In this document: positions 54,088 through 64,000 of the stretch, piece after piece | How the letters are laid out: each line of letters opens with the position of its first letter | Numbering within the stretch: the stretch's first letter is position 1 | From: Klebsormidium nitens | Lineage: Eukaryota > Plantae > Klebsormidiophyceae | Length of the DNA: 64,000 bases | Assembly: GCA_000708835.1 (NCBI GenBank) | Contig: DF237365.1 | Span: 17,769 to 81,768 of the forward strand | Reading direction: 5' to 3' | Notes under the pieces: model-generated | Database searches by the model: none | Told to the model about the DNA's origin: nothing | Seen by the model: the letters and a program-made list of their open reading frames with translations, nothing else | Program-made: the position numbers and the translations under genes

Positions 54088-55024
54088 CACACCCCCGCAG
54101 AAAGAGTTCCACAATCAGAGATGCTGATTGCGAAATGGCGCTGTTTCAGATTACCTGCGAAGCATGCTGATGAAAGGTTGTGTGAACTATTCAAGCTGCT
54201 GCTGGAACGCTGGCATTGGCAACAGAGGACAATCTTACATGGCTCGCAAGTTTCCTCAGGCTCTAGCTTTCTAGCTGAGGAAATTTCCTTTGCTCCAGTT
54301 GGCTCCAGTGGCAGAGAACCCTAATCTGGGAAACTCAGGACCGGAATTCGTCGTTCACAGCTTGGAAGTTGGACTTGGAGCCTGAGGTCGCCGTATCTAG
54401 TTGCAATGGCAAGGTTTCATGCTCAGCCTAGCTGCTACAGTGCTAGGGCGCCATTTGCATCACACCGTTGTTCACACTGCACGCCATGAAACTTGGAAGC
54501 AACATTCTCATAAACAGTCGGAGCGTGCCAGCGCCCTTCTTGACCCACCCTACGACGGGTGTGGGAGGTCTCTTCAAGATGGTCTGACAGGCGTGCACTG
54601 CAGGAAGAGCTGCGCCGTAGACCCAATTCAAGACTCTTTCAATTGGTGAGGGCCATTCGCAAATGCTTTTTATTTGCCTTGCTTAGTCATTTCAATCGTG
54701 CCCCACAAAACATTCCCATACTCGCAAGCAACCATTGAGAGGATTCTGCAATGTAGATGCTTCTGACTGTCCGAGAGTTGCAATATCAATCTTTACCCTC
54801 ACTTTAAGGTTCACTTTGGTTTCAGACTGGACGCGTTGATTTAAGATTGCCATGCGCTCATAAAATTAGAGACCATGGTAGGATGGCTTTGCTGGTTTTA
54901 TGCCGAGTGACTTCCTGGTGCTGTCTTTGGAGCAATTGAGTATGGTGAGCATGCTCCTGGAACTTGTTGCTTCCTGTCGGCCTGACATAAGGTCTTCGTC
55001 TTTTCAGGAAGCAGGCTGCTGATA

Positions 55025-58000
55025 ATGGCCGAGTCTGGTGTGGAGAAAGACGCCAAGCCTGCACCAGCGGAGTCTGAGAATGGTGGTAAACAAGACGTGG
55101 AAGCTGTTGCAGAAACAGACACCGCTCCTGGCAACATCTCAAAAACTGCAGTAAAGGGGACAGCTTCAGACGAATCTGCAAGTGCGTCAAAAGAAGGTGT
55201 ATCGTCGTCTGGCAGCACAGATGTTGTGGGAGAAGGGGCCAAGGGGAGGGAGGAGAGGACGGACGATGATGCATCCTTAAGTAAGGATGAAAGCAAGCGG
55301 GTTGTTGAGGAGCAGCAGAATTCCAATGATGCTGAAGAGAAGGAGAAGGAGGACGAGGGAGACAGGAAGGCGGTAGATGTGGAACGGCTCAGTGACAATG
55401 AGAGCTATCACTCGCCAGGGGAGGAGGAGTACAACAGCGGAAGCGATGACGCTTCGGGCCTGCTACGAGGACGCAGGCGGGAGGCAAGTGATGAGGAAGA
55501 TGAGGAGGAAGAGGAGGAGGAGGACAGGATTTCCATAGCAGAAGGTGAAGCAGAGCAGGCACACGGTGGAGTCACCGCAGGTGAGAGGTCAACGCTCGTA
55601 GCATGCTCAGGTGCTGTGCCAAGGTTTCAAAAAGGATGATTTGCTGGTCTGCTCAATTGCATTTATTCCCAGGCGTTCTTTTCATGAAGTAAATTCAGCA
55701 GATTCTGAGCAATCTTGCAATTTGTCGGTAGATTCATGAAAAAGAAGAGATTGAAAAGGCAGGTTTTGTGCCTCAGTGTTCACTTTGCCCAACCTGCCAC
55801 TAGGTTTTTATTTCCTTGATTTGATTGCCACCACTTCTTGAATTTGATTGTATATTGATATTCAAAGTTAGTGGGCGCTTTTCACTAAGAATTGAGTGAT
55901 TGGTGTGTACTATTCCATTACAGTACGGTACCGGTGGCCCCTCAATCCCTGCCTCTTTTCTCTACCTTCTCAGTTGGATCCAACTCGCTTCTATCTTCTT
56001 GTCAAATGCAGATGCAAACTTCAAAGGAGAGGGTGCATACCAGAGCGACGGGATGCAGACAATGGAGAAGACCGACGGGGATGCAGACGATGAAGGGGAC
56101 GACTTGCTGGATGACGACAGCAATGATTTGGACGATGAGGGCAAGGTGGACGAAGAGGCACTCCCAGAAGGGGAGGAACCAGTGGTCGCTCTAAAAGCGG
56201 AGGTCAAGAAACCAGCGGAACCGTTTGTGGTTCCAACAGCGGGGCCCTTCTACATGCACGACGACCGCTTCGGTGGGGAGGAGACCAAGAGGTGTGGTGC
56301 CCCTCTTTTGACATCCTTCCTGATACATTCGGAGTCACTTTTCAGACGTGCTCAAAAGCTCGTCTGGTTTTGACGAGTGTCCAGGCAGGATCTCCTTGCA
56401 GTATGATGCTTTCATTATTCTTGGTTAATTTGCTTGTGAAATCATCTCACTTTGCTTTGTAGGTCTTCGTCTCATCTTGATGCATCGCAAATGGTTTCTG
56501 GTGATTGCTCTGGATTGGGTGCAAGCCAAGTCTTGTTTGTAGCTGAGGTGCCATTGTACGTGCAGGCCTGGCAAGGGCAAGAAGCTGTGGGAAGGATCCG
56601 CAGACTCCACTGACCGGTGGCCCCACGACATGTTTGAGAAGCTGAACCTGGCTAATGACCCCCCACCTCTGAGGGTGAGATGCATTGCACTGTTTCTTCC
56701 TGAGCCGGCGGGGGGTCAGCCGATTAGAGATTGTTGACATACATAGCAGTGACGTGCTTGCAAGCCCACTCTGTCTTGCATCTTTGAGTGTATGTGAGAT
56801 CAGCATAAACAATTTCAGAATTGGTACCTCTCTTTTGCTAGCTTCCTCTGATCTGGCTTGACTGGTTTGCTCTGTCTGCAGCGGGGTGACGGTGAGCAAG
56901 GCAGGGGCCGCCGGAGAGGCGGCGGGTATGATCGAGGCGGAAGGGGGGAAGGTGCCAGCTATGGGGGCGCGCGAGGCGGTAGGGGCGGGGGCAGGGGTTT
57001 CAGGAACGGCCCAGAGGGAGGAAGGCGCAACTTTGTGGCCATGCAGAGCGCTCCTGGGTGAGTAGTCCTGTTTCATTTTGGTGCAGCATGAGCAGGTGGT
57101 GTTAAGTGACGACCTTTTGAACGTCTTGCCTAGATGCAGATTGTCGGGAAATTCATTGGTTCATTGGTGGCAAGTAGATTGCCAGATCATGTCTGCTGCG
57201 AGCAGCATTGGAGTCGACATGCTGAGATTGCTGTGCTTACGCGGTGTGTTAACAGATTTTTAAACGAGTTGTATTGTAATCTTTGCAGAGGCCAGCCGCA
57301 GTCAGACCCCGCCCTTTTGCCCACCCCTGAGTACAACCTCGAGTTGCTCCAGGAGTTCCCCCCTCCCCAGTCCACCGCCCAGAACTGGGGCGGTCAGCCG
57401 GCTGCTTCCAGGCAAGCGACCTCAAACGGGAGCTCAGACTACAGCAACACCCGGGACCAGGGTGGTGGTCAGAACGCGAGGGGCAATTACTCAAGGGGGC
57501 AGAAAGCGACCCCTGCTTGGGCGGACAGTGTGCCAGGGGCGGCCACTGGCTGGGGCGACGAAGGGCAGGAAAGGGGCCCGGTAGCCACCAACCGTGGGAG
57601 GGGGGGTGGGAGGAGCACTGGGGACGGGCAGGTGGGGAGAGGGGCAGGGGCGGGGCGGGGGGAGCACAGGTCCCGCGCACCGCAGGGACAAGGTCCTCTC
57701 ACGAGTGGCGACGGGCCAAGCGCTGCAAGGGGCCGCACCCCGACCAGATGGGGTCCTGCCGTCGGAGGGCAGCAGCCTGTTGAAGTTCAGGGGGCTCAAG
57801 CAGGGTACAACCGCGGGGGTGGTCAACCGACGGGGTGGGACAACCGTTCGGCGGTTGGGAACCAGGAGAGGGGCGCAGGGGCCCCCCAGGGGAGAAGCGC
57901 AACGGTGGGCACGATGACGTCACCCCGGCCCCTGGACCAGATGGCCCCCCGGGAAGAGAAGCGGCAGCAGTACCAGCCGTCAGAGGCACGCCCCGCTGCC

Positions 58001-58711
58001 CGGAGGGAGATTGAAGTCCAGACCGACCTGGCACCGGAAGTCAGCCCAGGCTCCCGTAATGCTGCGACTACTCCTCGGGGGGGTGCCGCAAAGTCGGGGC
58101 CGCCACCAGGGTTTGGCGGGAACTCAGGGAGCGCAGCCTACGGCTCAAGCGGCGCAGGGGCCGGGGACTACGGCGCGCAGTATCGGCCGCCTGCGAGTGC
58201 GGGGGCAACTGGACGGGCCTCTCCCGGTCTGCACATGGCCAATGAGTACGTCCCGAACGCGGCCACACAGCAGGTGCTGCCTTATGGGCAGACAGCAGTG
58301 CCTCCGGTGGGGGGTTACGGCTTGCCTCCTTACCCTAGCCACCTGCCGCCGTACGCTTACGGGAGCGGTGACGTCACATGGGTCCCCGTGCTGAACAACC
58401 CGCAGGCAAATGCTCTGCCCCCACCGCCAAATGTGTACGGCGCAAACCCGTATGCGAGCCCGTACTCATTGGCCGGGGCAGAAGCGACCCCGTATATGTA
58501 CTCGTCACAGGCAGTTGCTCCCCCAGAGTATGCTCCCGCCAAGCAGGGCCTTGCAACGGTTGCAGCCATCAGTAGGCCGCCCTCTGCAAGCACGCTGTGG
58601 AGACCACCGGCGTCCGCAGGGTTGAGTACTGGGGTTTTGGATTCGAATGCAGATGCTTATGGACAGCGGCAGAGCAAACCGAGAAGGTATACGGAGATGA
58701 CCTTCCAGTAG
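55025..58711 (+). CDS. CASC3: CASC3/Barentsz (MLN51) exon-junction-complex protein, ~847 aa; exons 55025-55580, 56012-56291, 56566-56674, 56882-57057, 57289-58711
   Basis: Acidic N-terminus, SELOR/Btz motif EPFVVPTAGPFYMHDDRF...KKLWE...RWPHDMFE, RGG-rich and Pro/Tyr-rich regions, and plant-type C-terminus KPRRYTEMTFQ. Confidence 0.9.
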
Positions 58712-60175
58712 TGAACAAGAGGAGGTTTTTGGTGGCGTCAGCTTGCAGGCAGGGAAGCAAAGGCAACCGCTTGAGAATTCAGGTTCTTAATCTTTTGATG
58801 TCTGGCTTGGGTATGGTTTGAAGAAGAAGTCATTGTTGTTCGGCGGTTGACTCATTGTTCTAGTAGCCCGGTAAGAGGAATAACGATTATGGGCGCACCT
58901 TTTATGATCAATCGTTTTTCGTGTGCTGCCATGATTGACCAGTCCTTTATTTAAGAAGCATGCCAGCCAATTAGGATCATGTCGAGTCAGGCCGACAGGC
59001 AATTACTGTGCACGGTGTGTTGCAAGAATGACTGAGATACTACAGCGCGGCCTAGTAGCGGCCCGTCGCCAGTGTATCAACGATTTTGATTCCGACCTTT
59101 TCGCGTGTATTGCTTGATCACTGGGACGCCCTTACTTCAAGGTCGACACATTCAACGTCATGTGCATTGCCAGGCGACTGTCAGAATACCATATGTACCG
59201 GATGCAGCTCAGAGTTACTCAGTGGCAATAGCAGTGCAATATGTGCGCAGCAGATATATTGCGCAACCCGGCCCTGGACTCAATTGCACACGTTCAGTGT
59301 ATACTGCAAAGCTTAGTCAATTAACACTGTATGGCACTCAGTCCGACGTACATGGCATTTGCAACATTAGTTAAATCTAATGCACATATATATGGTCAGG
59401 CCGAAATTTGGCCAATTCTTCGAGAACAGACACGCGAGCGCGCGCGCTGCATGACATCGTAGTCACTAGGACGGTCTAGTGACATGCATGAATTATTTGT
59501 TCAATGCAATGCGACTATAGTATTGATTATATTGCAGCACTGCAGGTAAAAGACGTGATTTTGTTATTTTTCATCGCGAGTTCGATTAAATTATTGAAGC
59601 AGGTCGAGGATCATGCATTTCGAGGATCCCTTGCTAGTTGGTGGCCATGGGCCGCACTGTTGTATCGAAATCGAATTCAGGTACATTTCGATCACTGGAG
59701 CCTCGGAGTCAACTCGCTAGTCTCGCAATGCTTCAAATGTTCAACAACTCGTTCAATTCATTTTGCATGGTCCATCAGGCTGCATGACCTTGTACTCTTC
59801 GCTTCCTCAAAGACTCCTGTCGTATCTAAAAGATTTGTCAGATAAGTCTCAAGTAACTTTCCTCAACTCACAGAAAACCAACAGATATTGTTTGATTTGA
59901 CTTGCAATGCCAACCCCAGTATAGTCATAAAACAACAACGATAAACGCTGCTCGATAGCGTCAAGAATCAAGAATTGTCCTGTAGAAACGTGCTTAGATT
60001 TGTTATTGACTAGATTAGTATCTCTTTACAATGCTGACTTCATCTACCAACTATGCAACACGTTTGACGCTGAAACATATATAAGGTAAAAGGATGGAAG
60101 ATAAATATCGGTAATCAAAAGCAACGTTGGCAGCTCATGCTGCGTTTTGTTCGCAAACCAATACCCCAGCCCGCG

Positions 60176-63050
60176 TCAGTGTCCCCCCTGGATCTGGTTG
60201 ATGCTGTCGTCTGCTTTGTCAAGCAAACCTTGAATCTCCAGGATAAAGTGGGCGCCCGTGTCTCCCCGTTGCTCCACATCGATAGCCAGCGTTGCCTCGA
60301 TCTTGTTTTTTACGGTTACGTACTTGTCCTTTGCCGTTAGGTACGTCTGGACTTGCTTCTCAGGCTGCAAGCGAGAACTTTGATTCAAAAAAATCGAGTC
60401 AAAAGACAGGCGCTTGCAGAATTTGACGCGCATTTGCCAGCATATCAGTGGAGCGTGGCTCAGATGTCCGTTCTCATCTGTCCGTTGTGGCTCCCTCCCC
60501 TCCAGAAGAACACCCCCATGCCGCACTGCACTGTGGAAAAACTTCAAGTGCTGCGGCACAATCGAGATGGACGCTCCAATCTTTCACATGCCTTCTCTCT
60601 AGGGGCGCCTTTGAGCAACCTACACTTCGCAGTCCTACACACATGTTCAGAAACGATGAAACTTCGGTCATGCAGAAGGGGATGGACTCGGGGCCCTCAC
60701 GTTGAGGCTTGTGTGCAGAGCAGTCAGGATGGTTAGCACGAGGCTCATGGCGGCGGCCGCGTAAGAGAGAGCGGGCGTGTCCTTGACCAGTGCCGAAAGG
60801 CTGGAGCTGGCAGTAGTCATGGCCCCTAGAATAGTTGCAGGGATCACAAGAGCCCGCCCGAGCGTCCCCTGCGTTGAAAGAGCAGGGTTTCAATGGAGAC
60901 AGTCAGATGAAAGCTGTGTGATCCAACCCACAAAGATTGGTGGCTGGGCAGATTGTTACAGTGTCATCGATTGAACTTCGAAGTAAGAGGTGACAAGATC
61001 AAGGTGTTCAAATGCAGGCCGGTTGCGGACAACGATGCAATTTGGAGCGGCGTACAAATCGAAAGCTGGTGACGGCTGGTGACATCTGGAAAGATGTCGC
61101 ATCATGGACAAGATTCCCACCAGAGTGCGCGAGATGACCCGCCTGATTTGAGGAACTTCGTGCTCCACCTCTCAACTCCGTAAATGAACGGGCACCTTTT
61201 GAGCTTCAGGAGCGCCATGCTCAGGTTGTGGTCCCACCTGCTGCCTGGCTTGAGCATCGCAGTCTTTGATCTTGGTGGCCACTTCCAGCTTCCAGTCCTG
61301 CAGCACCTTCTCATTCTTCTCGCTCCAGTCCCGCGATGGCTGGTGCTCCAGCTGGGGCGACGCTGCCAGCAGCGCCACATCGCCTGCGGCCTTGAACTCC
61401 CTCTTCAGTTCCGCCTTCGCTGCGTCGTAGAATGGGGCAACGGTCATTGCAGAGAGTGGGGCCAAGCAGACGGGTACTTTCAAAGAGCCAATTCCGAACA
61501 GAGTCCCCCAGACCGTCAGCCTTCCATAAGAATCCTTTTGCTGGGACTATACTCTGAAAGTGCCAGGTGTTGGAATGCGCTGTTGTCCCCCGCCTCACAA
61601 GAAGACAATTTCTCTTTTAATGATACTTGATGTCGAGAGTGCGATAAGAGCGTATCAGCCATCTTTTTCTGCTAGGACTCCTGCTTTTGAAGCTTTGCCC
61701 TGCACGCTCATCCCAGCTGTCCGCTCACGCTTGCCAGCGGCCTTCACAGGCTCCTTTGCTTGCGCTGCAGGCTCCTCCTCAACCTCTGGCGCGGCTGCCT
61801 TTTGGGCAGGCGCCTTCTTCGCCGGCTTTGCCTCCTCCACATCCTCGGTGGCGCCCTGCTCCACATCAGCCACCTCCTGCTCATCGGCCGCCGCCTTCTT
61901 TACGGACTTGCCCGTTTTGGACTTTTTTGTCACTGGAAAAGAAAAGAGTTCATTTTGCCCAGGTGGAATGACAAGGTGGCACCTGGACTGCGTGTGACTG
62001 AAATGGTCACAGGCAGGAACGAGAGTGCAATGTGGTCAGAGTGGGAGGCAATTCTGAGATTCTGCAACCTGCATTGTGCCTTTCTATGATGGTTATCCTA
62101 GCCTGGTTGACTGGCCCGAGGAGGTCCTGCACCTAGGGTAATGTATCAGCCACAATGTCTCCTCAGCATTCCATGGCATCTGACAAGAAGCTCCTTGATC
62201 CTGAGACAAGCTCTTGGCAACAGAGAAACTTTCTTCATACTGAACCAATTTGCGATGTATCAGAAAAGGATCAGCACTCATCAATTCCAGGTTGACCAGA
62301 AGTAGGTGCAGTTCAATCTATGTGATAATGGTAGTCAAAAGGCAGGGCGACAATGCTGAACAATGATGAATTGACCATGGGTTCTGATACATTAGTACCG
62401 TAGCTCCAGACCTTAAAACTGCCTACTTGTAGACCAGCTTATCCAGATCAGTTTTTTCAACAAGGACACGCCTCTCTTCTGGATTCAAAAATCTGCATTG
62501 ATTTATCGATGGGGCTTTCAAGAATTTCGATCAGCTATTCAATGTGCCAATGTGATCGTAGCGAACTTAATGGATAGTGAACCCCTGTATGCCTGATTGG
62601 ATTATTTTGGGCACAAGGCAATGAGCTGTGCTTCTGCTGCACCTAAAAGCCACTCCAGAAGTGGAATCTCAGCATTCCAAGAAGCTGCACTGGCCTACGT
62701 TGGCAATAAGGGTACCAAAATTGCAAAAATCCAAGTGGCTGCAAAACGTTTTGTCCTCAAAATTTTGCCATTTGTAGAAAGTTCAGAAACAGAGTCAGTG
62801 CGCCAGTCTGATCTGAAGGCAAAGCAATCAGATTCACACATTGATGCCCAGCTGATCCGATAGCAAACTTTCATCTGCCCCGCACATATTGTGGAAGAAT
62901 GTCCTGCTAAAGTTTAATGGCAGACGGGTGACTAATGGACACGTTGTTACAGCCAGCCCGCTCACCCTTCTTCACTTCCTGCTCATCGTCCACGTCTTTT
63001 CCATTCGCTTTCTCGAGAAGAGGCTGCTTCAGGGCCTTCTCGGGACCCAT
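60176..63050 (-). CDS. Two-transmembrane protein with a SLATT-like (SMODS/SLOG-associated 2TM effector) domain and a charged disordered N-terminal half, 275 aa; exons 63050-62966, 61932-61729, 61419-61238, 60868-60701, 60364-60176
   Basis: Five GT-AG exons join in phase with no stops. The C-terminal domain is DWSEKNEKVLQDWKLEVATKIKDCDAQARQQGTLGRALVIPATILGAMTTASSSLSALVKDTPALSYAAAAMSLVLTILTALHTSLNPEKQVQTYLTAKDKYVTVKNKIEATLAIDVEQRGDTGAHFILEIQGLLDKADDS: helix, two hydrophobic segments, helical tail. The gene model is more certain than the family call. Confidence 0.75.
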
Positions 63051-63299
63051 GCTTGCTGCCAATGCAGGCTACACTTGCCGCTGATTAGAATCTTGGAAGC
63101 AAGCAATCTGGCCTTCAAAGGAACTTCAAGGAAGGCAAGAAATGGAGACGACGGTCAGCATTGGAGCATGACTCTGAGGGAGTCAGCCGGTAGGTATAGC
63201 CATTCTGGCCCCCCCCCTCTTGGGGTTCAGGTATATAAAACCTTCATGCACGATATGTACCGGTTGTTTAGGTATATTCTATCGGTCAAGGTCCGGACA

Positions 63300-63349
63300 A
63301 CGGGTAGGGTTAATTAGGTGCGGGTTGCGGGTGGTTATGGCTGTGGAGC
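63300..63349 (+). repeat. Second copy of the telomere-like G-rich dispersed repeat
   Basis: ACGGGTAGGGTTAATTAGGTGCGGGTTGCGGGTGGTTATGGCTGTGGAGC. The first 13 nt are identical to the reverse complement of 9922-9934 and similarity continues. Confidence 0.7.
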
Positions 63350-63832
63350 GCGTAGGTTTTCTGGTTAAGGACCAGGTAGGTTTCTTTTTCCTACCCCCGA
63401 GGACTAGGTATTTTCCATTTCCTCCCGGCCAATGTCTCTAACCTTAGGGGTTTAATGTTAACCTGAACTGTAGGAGTATCTGGGGGGGCCTGGGCCGATG
63501 CGACGCCAGCCGGCCGGCAGAGGTTCCGACTCGGAATCCGAATCCTGAGTCTACGTCACAGTAGGTAATTGCGCACAGTACACCTGCGCGGATTACCTCT
63601 TCCGGTTTTGAATTGGCCGGTACACCTTCTCCCGATCGCCCTCGTGCCCACAGCTAGCTGGGATAGTATCAATCCAGGCCGGCCTGGATCCAGGCCCGCA
63701 ATCTCCGGATGGTCCAGGCCGTCGATAACACGGTCCTACCGAGTTCCGACAGCCTCAGGCTAAAAGTCTCAGCCTCACAACCGTGCCCCGGTTCCCGGGA
63801 CTGGCTATGTGTGCCCGCGGAGGACGTACTAC

Positions 63833-64000
63833 CAATCAATCAATCAATTTATTTTATAGTCCCGTAGGAGCCATGGGTGGCTCATGAGACAAGGTCTGAA
63901 TGTAGTCTCGAGTCCTAAACGCCTCTCTAACAAAGCTAGCAACCCTCTGTTGGTTCTCCTGACCTATAAAATGACGCAGACTAAATGCGGACTGGCCAAC
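63833..64000 (-). mobile_element. 3' end of a non-LTR retrotransposon (LINE), running off the window
   Basis: Minus-strand frame is open from the window edge (VGQSAFSLRHFIGQENQQRVASFVREAFRTRDYIQTLSHEPPMAPTGL*, stop at 63854-63856). It is followed at once by AATAAA and a (TTGA)4 tail (CAAT x4 at 63833-63848). A hairpin GAGCCA-TGGG-TGGCTC lies just before the stop. Confidence 0.6.

Noticed and set aside
38621-55930. Recurring TACAGTACGG (38621, 48031, 55919) as Tc1/mariner TA-flanked termini
   Set aside because: No matching inverted partner ends were found, and 10-mers recur by chance.
59462-59483. Hairpin GTCACTAG-N6-CTAGTGAC as a Helitron 3' end or terminator
   Set aside because: Single 8-bp stem in a palindrome-rich block, with no properly spaced CTRR end or 5' TC boundary identified.
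60956-61168. 70-aa ORF as an additional exon of the SLATT-like gene
   Set aside because: It lies in intron 3. The flanking exons join in phase without it and give a continuous domain pattern.

Overview
Intron-rich eukaryotic nuclear DNA with GC-rich exons, mostly 200-1000 bp introns and one assembly gap. The gene content (RGP/UAM, plant-type AUG3 and CASC3, HDEL BiP, algal-type PhoX) points to a streptophyte green alga, Klebsormidium-like by inference. I reconstructed 11 spliced protein genes by hand, checking splice phases. In order: ATP23 (+), SLC25 mitochondrial carrier (-), ureohydrolase (-), HAD hydrolase (+), RGP/UDP-arabinopyranose mutase-like (+), BiP (-), GRP94/HSP90.7 (+), PhoX-type phosphatase (+), AUG3/HAUS3 (-), CASC3/Barentsz (+), and a 275-aa two-TM protein (-). 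Mobile or repeated DNA comprises a 743-bp non-autonomous TIR element with a 7-bp TSD, the 3' end of a LINE, telomere-like dispersed repeats, and CATG/TGCA-rich or GTAC-rich intergenic blocks. Best leads: (1) the last gene looks like a spliced, host-domesticated SLATT-type (SMODS/SLOG-associated 2TM) membrane effector; (2) a ureohydrolase with intact metal ligands but His->Asn and Glu->Cys changes at active-site positions; (3) a divergent RGP; (4) a secreted PhoX with an N-terminal Cys-rich module behind a GTAC/P1BS-rich region; (5) head-to-head BiP-GRP94 with UPRE-like motifs. All family assignments come from motif recognition and were not checked by database search.
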